A DNA stretch of 64,000 nt from assembly GCA_001793235.1 (NCBI GenBank), contig MGHM01000016.1, positions 746-64,745 of the forward strand, read 5' to 3'. Source of the DNA: Candidatus Woesebacteria bacterium RIFCSPLOWO2_01_FULL_44_24b (lineage in GTDB: Bacteria; Patescibacteriota; Microgenomatia; UBA8517). Shown one piece after another: positions 17,762-28,267 of the stretch (within the stretch, counting starts at the first letter, position 1; each line of letters starts with the position of its first letter). Position numbers and translations under genes: made by a program. The notes under the pieces were generated by a model, which was given only the letters and a program-made list of their open reading frames with translations, did not search any database and was not told where the DNA came from.

Positions 17762-19963
17762 TTATTGCATATTATTAAGACTATCCACTATTTCGTCTTT
17801 TGTCATAACGCCGAGCTTGACATCAATAATCTTGCCTGCGGTGTTAATAAAGAAACTCTTTGGTAAATAATTGACGTTAAAGCCGGAAGCACTTGTGCCT
17901 ATGCTGTCGTAAACAACCGGGAATTGATATGCCCCCCTCTGCATCAAAACCCGCGTTGAGGCTTCGCTTTGCTGCAGGGAGACCGCAAGAATATTTGAGT
18001 TTTCCGGTAGTTCATCACTCGCGTCGGAGAGTATGGCTGCCTGCTCGAGCGCTTGCGGAAACAAGGGAGAGAAGAAGGTAAGAAGAAGATTTTTACCTCG
18101 CAAATTGGCAAGAGAGATATTTACCCCGCTTGGGTCCGGCAGGCTGAGATCCGGAACCGGCTGACCAAGTAAGCTGTCGGTTTGAGCTTGAACGTCGGAC
18201 TCAAATTCCACATTTACACTCTCCGGGGGAGCAAATAGCTCGGGGATGGTCAGTATGATTTTCCCGATAATGGGCAGGGTAAGAATTAATGTAGGTTTTG
18301 AGCGGAGGGCAAGATCAGCATTAATCGCCGTCGTTTTTGTTAGCGTAAATATCTGGCTTTGAGTTTTGCGATAGCCCTCTGCCTCCGCCTCAATATAATA
18401 CTTTCCCGGGGGAGCCATGAAACTGTAAGTGCCGGTTTCACTTATTTTTTGAGGGTTCTTTTGACCATAGGACCCGGCATCCCAAAGGACCCACGAGCTT
18501 GAGATGGTGTCGAAAAAGAAGAGTTTAACTTCGGCCCCGGCGACTGATGAGCCCTTTTCCTTATCCGTAATTTGCCCCGGTTTTTGAATGAAAAGTGTAC
18601 CAAAAGCGCGCTCGGTGGTATTGTTCGCGCCGTCCGTAGCCGTGATAGTCAGTTGTTTTTCGCCCTCATCATTGAAACCGATTTTTCCGCTCCAAATATC
18701 CGTGCCCGCTTGTTGCTTTAATTCAAATTCAGTGTTGCCGGCAATAATTTTTGCGCTTGTCACGCCGCCTTTCATGCCGACGGCGACGGTAATGTCTGCT
18801 CCGCTTATTGCAGTAATTATGTTATTTTCGGGAATGAGTACCGAAGGCCCGAGGGTTAGTGTGCCCCCGCCGATGACCGGCGCGAAAGTGTCGATTACTA
18901 AGGTTAGAGTTTTCGATATTCCGACATTGCCCGACTCGTCAAAGGCCCGTGCGGCTATTTCGTAGTTTCCGTCTTCCAGGGCCTGCGGTGTGAATGAAAA
19001 TTGCCCTCTGGAATAGGCAGCGTCCAACCAGCTTTTGCCTCCGTCCAAGCTGACGTCGACCGAGGCTACGGAGGAAAACGCGCTTGATGCAGTGCCTGTT
19101 ATGGTCGGCGTCGTATTGCCGGTGGGGTTTTGGGCAAAGTCATTAAGCGTGACTGCCGGTGGAGTTACCGAGAAGCTGACCGATGCGTAGTTTTGGGCTT
19201 GGGTATAAACCTGAGCCAGTGACTTTGCCCGGGCCAGCACTGTGAAGTTCCCGGTAATGAAGGAAATGTTCGGGGTAAAGGTGAAATCTTCTTCCTCTTC
19301 GTCAAATTTGCCGTCACTTGGCGTTGCTCCATTCCAGCTCCCGCCGTTGTCTAAACTATATTCAGCAGTCTCAATTACCCCGTTTTCAATTGAGGAAGTA
19401 CCTTTAAATTCAAGTCCATCTCTTGCGAGAGTTAGTGAAGGATAATAGATAGGCCCTGATGTAGCCGAAGGTGCGCTTGTTGCCCCGGATGTACTAGTTG
19501 GCGCAGGGCTGGCTGTTGCTCCGGGTGACGGAAATGAAGTAGGAGTCGGTGTTGGAGTTGGTGTGGGCGCTGAAACGGTAATGGCATTAGTCATAGTATA
19601 GGTGTTGCTTGCGCCACCACCGCAGGCATTATTTCCCCAGGCAACGAAACTAATACTATATGTCCCCGGCGAGCTGGGGGCAGTCACTGAAATGCTTTCG
19701 TTGAAGGTCCCATTAGAAGTGTAGTTGGTGTGGTCCACACAGTTGGCCCCGCTTATATCCCAAGTTGAGCTCTGCCAGTTGCTTCCGGATGACGTAGTTA
19801 CGTTTATTGCCGCCGTAATGGTTGCCGAAGGGGCGACAGTTACGGTACTGGCGCCATTAAGGGTTACCGAGTTAATAGTGGTTGCTGCCAGTGCAGATGC
19901 CGGGAAAAGCATTAAAAGCACCAGAGCCAACAACAATCCCTGAACAAATTTGGGCAGAGGCAT
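17762..19963 (-). CDS. Secreted Ig-like repeat protein with C-terminal redoxin-like domain
   Basis: Signal peptide, PT linker, VSLDGG..W, ARAFDESGN; C-terminal PDLSLPD..G..ISL..LRGK..LL.F. Confidence 0.75.
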   Translation of the reverse strand: MPLPKFVQGLLLALVLLMLFPASALAATTINSVTLNGASTVTVAPSATITAAINVTTSSGSNWQSSTWDISGANCVDHTNYTSNGTFNESISVTAPSSPGTYSISFVAWGNNACGGGASNTYTMTNAITVSAPTPTPTPTPTSFPSPGATASPAPTSTSGATSAPSATSGPIYYPSLTLARDGLEFKGTSSIENGVIETAEYSLDNGGSWNGATPSDGKFDEEEEDFTFTPNISFITGNFTVLARAKSLAQVYTQAQNYASVSFSVTPPAVTLNDFAQNPTGNTTPTITGTASSAFSSVASVDVSLDGGKSWLDAAYSRGQFSFTPQALEDGNYEIAARAFDESGNVGISKTLTLVIDTFAPVIGGGTLTLGPSVLIPENNIITAISGADITVAVGMKGGVTSAKIIAGNTEFELKQQAGTDIWSGKIGFNDEGEKQLTITATDGANNTTERAFGTLFIQKPGQITDKEKGSSVAGAEVKLFFFDTISSSWVLWDAGSYGQKNPQKISETGTYSFMAPPGKYYIEAEAEGYRKTQSQIFTLTKTTAINADLALRSKPTLILTLPIIGKIILTIPELFAPPESVNVEFESDVQAQTDSLLGQPVPDLSLPDPSGVNISLANLRGKNLLLTFFSPLFPQALEQAAILSDASDELPENSNILAVSLQQSEASTRVLMQRGAYQFPVVYDSIGTSASGFNVNYLPKSFFINTAGKIIDVKLGVMTKDEIVDSLNNMQ

Positions 19964-19998
19964 AAATTCATGATAAATTATAATTAAGGATCACACAA

Positions 19999-20202
19999 AT
20001 GGATGTAAATAAATATACTTTGCCGGAGGAACCGAAAGTGGATAGCGAAGTCTCTTTTGGGCTTCAGGAATTTGAGGAGAGGGAGAAGTCGGGTTTTTTT
20101 AAAGGCAAAAGAGGAAAACTATGGGCGGGGTGTATAGTACTGCTGTTGCTTTTTGGTCTACTCGGTTCAATTTTTGTCTACATGAGCGTGGCAGGCACTT
20201 GA
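19999..20202 (+). CDS. Small single-TM protein
   Basis: Acidic N-terminus followed by one TM. Confidence 0.5.
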   Translation: MDVNKYTLPEEPKVDSEVSFGLQEFEEREKSGFFKGKRGKLWAGCIVLLLLFGLLGSIFVYMSVAGT

Positions 20203-21872
20203 GCCTTAGATAAATGTTTTATATGCCTTTCCCGTTCTTCTGAAAAGCTCTTTGAGTCCAGCCCGTGTTTCCCCACCATGTGCGCCGCGTATTGCGCGCC
20301 AAGGTAAACCGGCATAAAGACATAACTGGCACCCAGTTTATAAAGCTCCAAAGTGTCTGTGATGTGCTCCGAGAGAACCAAACTTATTGCCTTGGGACTT
20401 ACTCTGTGAAGCCTTTCAATCAAGAGCTTGTTTGTCTCAAGCGAGGGGATGGTCGAGATGATTAATTTGGCCTTATCTATGCCTAATTCTTCCAAAAATT
20501 CAATGTCGTCTGCATCACCATAAGCATAAGGCAACCCCTGCTTTTTAAGGCGCCCAATTGCCTCCGGGTTGTAGTCAGCTATGACGTAGCTTTTTTTAAG
20601 TTTTTCGATTGCCTTTACGAAATCCGCACCTGCCCGGTCGTAGCCAAAAAGAATAATTTCGGCAGGCTCATGGGGCGAGAAAGCTTTCTCTCTCGACACC
20701 GTTCTTAGTTCAAGCAATTTTATGAGCTTTTCCAGCCGTTTATAGATGAAGTCGGCGTGAAGAAATGTGTAGCTGGAGCCACCGATGGTAAATAGGCCCA
20801 CAAGTGTAACAAGCGGCAGGACCGAGTCAGATATATGGCCGACGAAGGCTCCAAGGCCCACCAAAATCAGAGAGAACTCGCTGATTTGGGCAACCGTGAG
20901 GCCCACCATAAAACCCGTTTTTCGCTTGTAGCCCAAAAGATTCATAAGAATTATCACAACAATCGGTTTTCCCACGATCACAAAGAGGGAGAGAATAATG
21001 GTAGGTAATAGTAGCTGGGGGAAAGTATCCAATGTAATTTGGGAGCCCAGGAGAATAAAGAAGAGTAGAATAAAAAAGTCGCGCAGAGGTTTCATGCGCG
21101 AGCCGATTTCGGCGGCAAAAGGCGAGGTGGACAGTACCACCCCCGCAGCAAGAGCTCCAATTTCAATAGAGAACCCGAGACCATGAAAGACAGTTGCAAG
21201 TATCATGCCCCAGGCAATGGAAAACAAAAATAAAAGTTCCTGAGTTCCCGCGATGTATTCTAAAATTTTAGGCAAGATTAGTTTACTCAGGAGCACAAGA
21301 ATGACTGACAGCGCAACACTTTTTAGAACCAAAAGCCCCAGAACCGAGGCCAAATCTCCATGGGCAGTCGCAATAGTAGGAACAAGGATGAGAATAATTG
21401 TGGCAACTAAGTCTTGCACAAGTAAAATCCCTATTGATATTTTCCCGTAGAGTGAATCCAAGTCACCTTTGTCGGTAAGAAGTTTATGAATAATAATGGT
21501 GCTACTGAAAGCCAGCGCGATGGCGATATAAACAGCTTCCAAACTGGGGATGCCCAAGAGGCGGCAGATCAGGTACCCAAAAAAAGCAGTAAAAACCACT
21601 TGGCTCAACCCAGCCAGTAATGAGATTTTGCCTACCTCCCGCAAGACCTTCGGGTTTAGCCCAAGGCCAACTATAAAAAGAAGAATTATAATCCCAATTT
21701 TGGATAAAAATTCAATGTTTTCCTTTGACTGCAGAAGGTTAAATGCATAAGGGCCAACCAGTATGCCGGTCAGAATATAGCCCACGACAAAAGGGAGCTT
21801 CAAGAGCTTCATTACCAGGGACACCCCGGTAACCAGAAGAATAACAATGCTTATCTCGCCGAAGATTTCCAT
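20178..21872 (-). CDS. CPA2 cation:proton antiporter with TrkA-N domain (Kef-like)
   Basis: LLFIVGL, FSST.I, ILLVQD, QISEFS, YGDA.D. Confidence 0.92.
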   Translation of the reverse strand: MEIFGEISIVILLVTGVSLVMKLLKLPFVVGYILTGILVGPYAFNLLQSKENIEFLSKIGIIILLFIVGLGLNPKVLREVGKISLLAGLSQVVFTAFFGYLICRLLGIPSLEAVYIAIALAFSSTIIIHKLLTDKGDLDSLYGKISIGILLVQDLVATIILILVPTIATAHGDLASVLGLLVLKSVALSVILVLLSKLILPKILEYIAGTQELLFLFSIAWGMILATVFHGLGFSIEIGALAAGVVLSTSPFAAEIGSRMKPLRDFFILLFFILLGSQITLDTFPQLLLPTIILSLFVIVGKPIVVIILMNLLGYKRKTGFMVGLTVAQISEFSLILVGLGAFVGHISDSVLPLVTLVGLFTIGGSSYTFLHADFIYKRLEKLIKLLELRTVSREKAFSPHEPAEIILFGYDRAGADFVKAIEKLKKSYVIADYNPEAIGRLKKQGLPYAYGDADDIEFLEELGIDKAKLIISTIPSLETNKLLIERLHRVSPKAISLVLSEHITDTLELYKLGASYVFMPVYLGAQYAAHMVGKHGLDSKSFSEERERHIKHLSKAQVPATLM

Positions 21873-21900
21873 ATGATTTTAATAATTGTATACTGATATA

Positions 21901-22851
21901 ATGAATGAGCTGACCTTTGACCTTGCAATTTATATTACTTCATTTTTTGTTATCTGGGCAGGGTCAGGTTTAATTGTTTCGGCGGTAAGTAAACTTTCTC
22001 AAAGGCTTCATGTTCCTGCATTTTTGGTTTCATTTGTAGTTCTTGGGATTCTTACTTCGACACCCGAAATGGCGGTCGGCTTGTCGGCGGTTTCCTCGGG
22101 AACGCCCAGCATTTTTGTGGGCAACCTTTTGGGCGGAATACCAGTTATCTTTTTGCTAATAATACCGTTATTGGCAATTCTGGGCCGGGGAATTAAGCTC
22201 AATCATGGCCTTGGCCAAAACAGTATTCTTCTGGCTTTAGCCATAGCCGTAGCCCCCTTTGTTGCGGTTCTCGATCATGAAGTAAATAACCAGGAAGGAG
22301 TAATTCTCATAGGCGCATATTTCGTGGTTGTTTTGTTGCTTCATAGAAATAACGTTGTGACCAAACACAATGTTAATCTGCTTAAGCTTAAAAGCTATAC
22401 CTTTATCGATATCCTTAAAGTGCTGGCCGGTACGGGAATTGTCCTTTTTTCAAGCAACATCATAGTCAGTAAAACTCTTTATTTTTCGGGAGTCTTAAAC
22501 ATTGCACCCTTTTATATCAGCTTAATTGTCTTGTCCTTGGGAACGAATTTGCCCGAGCTCACCATCGCCATTAGAGCCATTATTACGGGCAGGAAAGACA
22601 TAGCCTTTGGAGATTACCTGGGCTCGGCCGCCGCGAATACCGTTTTGTTTGGTGTTTTTACTCTGATGACCAAAGACGCGGTGATTGAGGTGGACAGTTT
22701 CTTGGTCATGTTTGTTTTGGTGGTAACGGGTCTCGCGCTTTTCTATCACTTTTCAAAAACCAAGCACACCATTTCGCCGAAGGAAGGGCTTGGCCTCCTT
22801 GCAATATATATTATTTTTGTCTTACTTGAGCTTTTTGGTAGCACTTCATAG
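21901..22851 (+). CDS. Na+/Ca2+ exchanger family protein
   Basis: Alpha repeats TSTPE..GNLLG and GTNLPE..GDYLGS. Confidence 0.9.
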   Translation: MNELTFDLAIYITSFFVIWAGSGLIVSAVSKLSQRLHVPAFLVSFVVLGILTSTPEMAVGLSAVSSGTPSIFVGNLLGGIPVIFLLIIPLLAILGRGIKLNHGLGQNSILLALAIAVAPFVAVLDHEVNNQEGVILIGAYFVVVLLLHRNNVVTKHNVNLLKLKSYTFIDILKVLAGTGIVLFSSNIIVSKTLYFSGVLNIAPFYISLIVLSLGTNLPELTIAIRAIITGRKDIAFGDYLGSAAANTVLFGVFTLMTKDAVIEVDSFLVMFVLVVTGLALFYHFSKTKHTISPKEGLGLLAIYIIFVLLELFGSTS

Positions 22852-22883
22852 GATGCCCTTTTTTTGCTAATATAGTGGTGAAG

Positions 22884-23246
22884 ATGAAAAAAATTTTAGT
22901 TGTTGAGGATGACAAGTTTTTAGCCAACGCCTACATGGTAAAACTTGCAAAAGAGAACTTTGAAGTTAAGTTGGCACGGAACGGAGAAGAAGCACTTGCG
23001 GTGTTCACTGAGTTTAAGCCGGACTTAATGCTTTTGGACTTGGTTATGCCTAAAAAAGACGGTTTTGAAGTTTTGGAGCAATTGAAAGGCAAAACTCGCG
23101 TACCTATATTAATCGCGAGTAACTTGGGCCAAAAGGAAGACATCGATAGGGGCATGAGTTTGGGCGCGGCCGATTTTGTGGTTAAGAGCGAAATGCCGAT
23201 CAGTAACGTCGTCGAAAAAATCAAAAAATTACTTCACGTCTCATGA
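22884..23246 (+). CDS. Stand-alone response regulator receiver, first gene of the pilus operon
   Basis: ILVVEDD, DLMLLDLVMPKKDG; overlaps the pilB start. Confidence 0.9.
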   Translation: MKKILVVEDDKFLANAYMVKLAKENFEVKLARNGEEALAVFTEFKPDLMLLDLVMPKKDGFEVLEQLKGKTRVPILIASNLGQKEDIDRGMSLGAADFVVKSEMPISNVVEKIKKLLHVS

Positions 23247-24940
23247 GTAAGTTAAAAGTATATAACAGTATTACTGACGAGGGGCTGGAGCGCCTACTGA
23301 CTGAAAATAAGTTTTTGAGTCCTGAGGAGCTTGCCCAAGCAAAAGAGCTTAAAAAGGCTCAAAACATTAGTTTGTATGAAGCAGTAATAAAAAGAGATTT
23401 GCTCTCTGATGAGAATCTGGGTAAGCTCGTGTCTGAGGAGCTTGCGATTCCATTCGTTAATTTGTCCAAGGTGTCGGTGGAACCCCAGATATTAAAAATA
23501 ATTCCGGAGATTGTTGCGTCAAAGCACAAGATCATTGCTTTTGATAAGTCGGAAGAGGGCCTTAAAGTAGCAACTTCAAGACCGGAGCAAAAAGAAATTC
23601 TGAGCTTTATTTCTAAAAAAACCGGGGAGAGAGTAAAAATTTATTTTGCGACTGAAGCCGATATAGCAGAAACCTTAAGATTGTACAAAAAGGACCTGCA
23701 GCAAAGCTTTGACGACCTTCTTAAAGAGCAGATAGTGGTTGCTTCCAAGTCAAAAAATATTGACGCGCCGATACTTAAAATTGTCGATACTCTGATTGAG
23801 TATGCCTATGACAACAAGGCTTCAGACATACACATTGAGCCGGACGAGCATAGTTCAGTAATTCGCTTTCGCATAGACGGAGTTTTGCATGATGTTTTAA
23901 CTCTGCCCAAGGAGGTTCACCCCCAGGTAGTTACAAGAATAAAAGTTTTATCTAAACTCAGGATTGACGAGCACGCCTCTGCGCAGGATGGCAAAATGCA
24001 GGCAACCTTGCCGTCGGAAGAGGTTGATATAAGAGTATCCATTGTGCCAATAGTAAATGGTGAAAAGGCGGTCCTCCGGCTCCTGTCTTCGCGCTCAAGG
24101 CAGTTTTCGCTGGCCGACTTAGGCATGCTTGATAATGAACTTAAAATTATCGAGGAGGGTTTCAAACATCCATATGGCATGGTTCTTTCAACCGGCCCAA
24201 CAGGTTCAGGCAAAACTACAACTATTTATGCGATTTTGAAAATTCTAAATGTCAGGGAGAAAAATATCGCCACAATTGAGGATCCGGTTGAATATGAAAT
24301 TGAAGGCATTAATCAGATACAGGTAAACCCGAAAACAAACTTGACGTTTGCGGAAGGGCTGAAGTCGATTCTTCGGCAGGACCCGAATATTATTTTCGTT
24401 GGCGAAATCCGGGACAACGAGACGGCATCAATTGCCATTAATTCCGCACTCACGGGCCATTTGGTACTCTCGACCTTGCATACCAATCACGCTGCCGCGT
24501 CCCTGCCCCGGCTTGTGGACATGGGAGTGGAGCCATTCCTTATTGCCTCCACCATAAATGTTGTTGTTGCCCAACGATTGGTCAGGAAAATTTGCGAGAA
24601 ATGTAAAGTTTCATACACCGAAAGCGCCAAAAATCTTTCTGACAAAATCTCACCGCCTCTTGTTAAAAAACATTTGGGCAAGTCGGCCAGCGTCCGCATG
24701 TATAAAGGCAAAGGCTGCGCCGTGTGCCATTCAACCGGTTATACTGGAAGAGTTGGACTGTTTGAAGTGCTTCAAGTGAGCTCCGCAATTCAGGAGCTCA
24801 TTACCCAAAAAGGGGACGCCGAGATGATTAAGAAAAAAGCTATACAGGAGGGCATGACCACGATACTCGAAGATGGGCTAGCCAAAGTACAGTCAGGTGT
24901 GACAACCTTAGAAGAAGTTTTAAGAGTTACTGTCGCATGA
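23243..24940 (+). CDS. pilB: Type IV pilus/T2SS assembly ATPase (PilB/GspE)
   Basis: ASDIHIEP, GPTGSGKTT, TIEDPVEY, LRQDP, GEIRD, TGHLVLSTLH, tetracysteine. Confidence 0.95.
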   Translation: MSKLKVYNSITDEGLERLLTENKFLSPEELAQAKELKKAQNISLYEAVIKRDLLSDENLGKLVSEELAIPFVNLSKVSVEPQILKIIPEIVASKHKIIAFDKSEEGLKVATSRPEQKEILSFISKKTGERVKIYFATEADIAETLRLYKKDLQQSFDDLLKEQIVVASKSKNIDAPILKIVDTLIEYAYDNKASDIHIEPDEHSSVIRFRIDGVLHDVLTLPKEVHPQVVTRIKVLSKLRIDEHASAQDGKMQATLPSEEVDIRVSIVPIVNGEKAVLRLLSSRSRQFSLADLGMLDNELKIIEEGFKHPYGMVLSTGPTGSGKTTTIYAILKILNVREKNIATIEDPVEYEIEGINQIQVNPKTNLTFAEGLKSILRQDPNIIFVGEIRDNETASIAINSALTGHLVLSTLHTNHAAASLPRLVDMGVEPFLIASTINVVVAQRLVRKICEKCKVSYTESAKNLSDKISPPLVKKHLGKSASVRMYKGKGCAVCHSTGYTGRVGLFEVLQVSSAIQELITQKGDAEMIKKKAIQEGMTTILEDGLAKVQSGVTTLEEVLRVTVA

Positions 24941-26013
24941 AGTTAAATAGCCAAGTACAAATTTTCAAACATATTTCTTTTTTGGACAAGGCGCTTTTTA
25001 CCAAGCACCTGGCCGTAATGACCAAAAGCGGCATACCTTTGGCTGAAAGCGTAGATTCGTTGGAAGAGCAGGCTAAAAACCCCACCTTCAAAAAGATTTT
25101 GGCTAAGGTGTCTGCGGATATTCAAAACGGCCAGTCACTTTATAAAAGTATGGCGAGGCACCCGCGCGTGTTTGACACGACTTATCTGAGCTTGGTTCAA
25201 ATTGGCGAGGAGTCCGGGCAACTCGAAAAAAATTTGGAATATTTAGCGGCTAATCTTAAAAAGAGCTATGAGTTTCGCAAAAAAGTGGTCAGCGCCTCGC
25301 TTTACCCGATGATTGTTTTGGTAATGGCCGTAGTTGTGGGCTTTGGAATTAGCTATTTTGTGTTGCCGAAACTTATTGATTTATTCGAGTCTTTGGACGT
25401 TGAGCTTCCCTTGACCACAAAAATTTTGTTGTTTATTGCAAATACCATGAAAGATTATGGAATATTTATTATGGCCGGAGTCTTGTTGTCTATAATTTTA
25501 TTTCGAATTTTCGTAAATTTACCAAAGGTAAAAATCCATTGGCACAGGTTTTTATTAGGGCTTCCTACAATTGGCTCGTTTATGCAAAGTGTGCAGATGA
25601 CCAGTATGTGCAGAAACATCGGGGTGATGCTTCAAAGCGGCCTTGATATAAGCACTACCCTGGAGACTCAGAAGACCGCAACAGATAATTTAGTTTATAA
25701 AGAATATTTGGCAAGTCTTCAGAGGGGCATAGAGAAAGGCAAAAGCCTCAAGGAGCAGTTAGAAAGCTCGAAGTTTCATTTTGTTCCGTCAATTGCCACT
25801 AAGATGATTGCGGTTGGTGAGAAAACCGGGACCTTGGAAAGCGCCTTTTCATATCTCGGGGACTTTTTTGAAGACGAGGTGGATAACGCTTCTAAAAATT
25901 TGTCCAGTACTCTGGAGCCCATACTTTTGATAGGTATATCTTTGATTGTTGGTTTTGTGGCTCTGGCCGTAATTACTCCAATTTATGACTTTACCTCGTC
26001 TATTCATAAATGA
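24937..26013 (+). CDS. pilC: Type IV pilus platform protein (PilC/GspF)
   Basis: GEESGQL, YP, GEKTGTL, LEP. Confidence 0.93.
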   Translation: MKLNSQVQIFKHISFLDKALFTKHLAVMTKSGIPLAESVDSLEEQAKNPTFKKILAKVSADIQNGQSLYKSMARHPRVFDTTYLSLVQIGEESGQLEKNLEYLAANLKKSYEFRKKVVSASLYPMIVLVMAVVVGFGISYFVLPKLIDLFESLDVELPLTTKILLFIANTMKDYGIFIMAGVLLSIILFRIFVNLPKVKIHWHRFLLGLPTIGSFMQSVQMTSMCRNIGVMLQSGLDISTTLETQKTATDNLVYKEYLASLQRGIEKGKSLKEQLESSKFHFVPSIATKMIAVGEKTGTLESAFSYLGDFFEDEVDNASKNLSSTLEPILLIGISLIVGFVALAVITPIYDFTSSIHK

Positions 26014-26441
26014 AATCCAAAGGCTTAACTTATATAGAGCTAATACTGGTAATCGGTATCATGCTTACATTATCAATTTTGACGGCCTCCTTTTATGCAA
26101 GGTTTATAACTCAAAACGCGACCGCTAATACCACAGACCGGATTGTGGGTGCCTTCACCAAAGCCCAGATGTATGCAATGATGGGCAAAAATAACAGTAA
26201 CTGGGGAGTCAACTTCGGAAGCGCCACAGTGACTATGTATCAAGGCAATTCATTTGGAACGCGAAATAGTGCCTTGGACGAATCATTTAGCGTTAATTCC
26301 AATGTGGCCATCAGCGGCTTTAGCGATATAAATTACGCGCGAGCCACGGGCTTGCCGTCTGTGGCCGCAACAATCAGTATTCAGGGTGGAAATAATTCGG
26401 ATACGGTTACGGTTAATTCACAAGGGGTGGCCAGCAAATGA
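26010..26441 (+). CDS. Minor pilin (FimT/GspH-like)
   Basis: Class III signal KG|LTYIEL. Confidence 0.85.
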   Translation: MKSKGLTYIELILVIGIMLTLSILTASFYARFITQNATANTTDRIVGAFTKAQMYAMMGKNNSNWGVNFGSATVTMYQGNSFGTRNSALDESFSVNSNVAISGFSDINYARATGLPSVAATISIQGGNNSDTVTVNSQGVASK

Positions 26442-28267
26442 ACAAGGGTTTTTCGGTGCTCGAAGTGATTTTAGCAGCTGCGGTTTTTATAATTATCGCG
26501 TCAGGTGGAGTGATTGTGGTGATACAAAGCTTTAATGCCAACCGCTTGGGCCAGGAAACCACAATCGCAACCCAATTTGCCTCCGAAGGCATTGAAGCAG
26601 TCAAATCGATTAAAAATCAGGCTTACAGTAGCTTAGTCAACACCGCCGGCACAGGTGTAATTCGAAACGGTAGCGGAGTCTGGGCTTTTGGTGGCGCCAA
26701 TAACACATTCGTACATAATGCCGGGGACAATTATATTAGGACAATTAAAGTTGAAAGCGTTAACCGTGACGGCGTGCCTCCACTGGGCAATATCGTGGCC
26801 TCTGGGGGCACGGTAGACCCTGACACGAAAAAAGTCACCTCCACAGTAGCTTGGAATTTCAATAGCGTCAGGCCCGAGTCTGTGGTGCTGACTAGCTATT
26901 TAGCAGACTGGCGAAAGCCAATATCAAGCATCGGCGAAGCTCTGGCGCTTTATGGTGACACGGCTACGCTGGCTGCTCCCAGATTTAGAACGTATAGTAA
27001 TAGCAGTAATGTATTTAGTTCCGAGTCGGCGGCGGGCACCGGCTTTACAGATACGATTGTAGGTAAATCATTTAAAGTAAAAACTTCTCCAACAAAAGTG
27101 GAGGCTGTTGCAGGGTATATAAATAACAGTGGGGACATGAGAATACTATGTTATGACGGCACTTCCTGGGCCAGCGAGTGGACCGTAACTGTTGGGGGAA
27201 ACGGCACAAACTCACAAAGATTTGGTATTGCGTATGAAACCAATTCGGGGGATGTTTTGGTGGTTTATTCCAGAAATGTAGCAGCGACAGATGAGCTGGG
27301 CTATAGGACCAAGCTTGGGACCAGTGGTTGTGGAGCTGCGAACTGGAGCGCCGAAAATTTACTGAACCCTGCGAGAACCTCAGGAGTGGTTCACTGGATA
27401 GATGCGAAAGGTGACCCTCGCTCAAGCGCCAACAACATCGCGATAATTTGGGCTGACTCAAATTCCGACTTGTCGGCTATGCAGTGGGGTGGTTCATCCT
27501 GGTCAATTGTGGAACCTTCTGCAGCTTTGGAAACGGATTTGGAGCGGGCTGCAGCCTCTCAGGATGTCAGCTCTTTTGATTTGGCTTATGAGAGCATAAG
27601 CGGCAATTTGATGGTTGTCTGGAGTCCTAACGGCACAACTTGTACCGCGGGGAGCAATTGCATAAGGTATGCCCGCTACACCACTTCATGGTCGGCTTCT
27701 GCCGCGGTCCCGACGGTTGCCGACCGGGCTACAAATATCGATATTTCAGGTAACCCCAATACTAATGAGCTGGCTTTGGCTGCTATTAGTAATTCAAGTT
27801 CGGATCTGTCCACTGCACATTGGTCGGGGAGCGCTTGGACTGGAAGGGCAAACGTTGATACTTCTGCTGCGGCTGTGGCAGCAGGCACAAAAATTGTTGC
27901 GACCGGCTGGCTCGTGAGTGGTGCGACTACTAGCTACGTCGTGGTTTATAACGATTCGGGTGCAACGAACGTCGGTTGGCGTGTTGGAAACGGTAGTGGC
28001 GCAACAGTTTTGCAAACAGATTTTGTGCCCGTGCCGGTTTTTGCAAGCCCGCAAAGGTGGTATGACATTCAGACGGATCCTAAAAACCCCGACCGGCTGA
28101 TGCTTTCGCTTTCGGACAATAATTCTGACTTTTTCGCAAAAAGGCTTGTTATGACCGCAGTACCAGGATTCACTTGGTCGAATACAGAAGGTGGTTCAGC
28201 ACTCGAGACAGGCTTGGGCCAGGCAACAACAGGGCCTTTTGGCTTTGCTTATTGGCGCAATCCATGA
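26438..28267 (+). CDS. Large minor pilin with C-terminal beta-rich adhesin-like domain
   Basis: KG|FSVLEV, A.EG.EAV; Trp/Gly/Ser-rich repeats. Confidence 0.8.
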   Translation: MNKGFSVLEVILAAAVFIIIASGGVIVVIQSFNANRLGQETTIATQFASEGIEAVKSIKNQAYSSLVNTAGTGVIRNGSGVWAFGGANNTFVHNAGDNYIRTIKVESVNRDGVPPLGNIVASGGTVDPDTKKVTSTVAWNFNSVRPESVVLTSYLADWRKPISSIGEALALYGDTATLAAPRFRTYSNSSNVFSSESAAGTGFTDTIVGKSFKVKTSPTKVEAVAGYINNSGDMRILCYDGTSWASEWTVTVGGNGTNSQRFGIAYETNSGDVLVVYSRNVAATDELGYRTKLGTSGCGAANWSAENLLNPARTSGVVHWIDAKGDPRSSANNIAIIWADSNSDLSAMQWGGSSWSIVEPSAALETDLERAAASQDVSSFDLAYESISGNLMVVWSPNGTTCTAGSNCIRYARYTTSWSASAAVPTVADRATNIDISGNPNTNELALAAISNSSSDLSTAHWSGSAWTGRANVDTSAAAVAAGTKIVATGWLVSGATTSYVVVYNDSGATNVGWRVGNGSGATVLQTDFVPVPVFASPQRWYDIQTDPKNPDRLMLSLSDNNSDFFAKRLVMTAVPGFTWSNTEGGSALETGLGQATTGPFGFAYWRNP

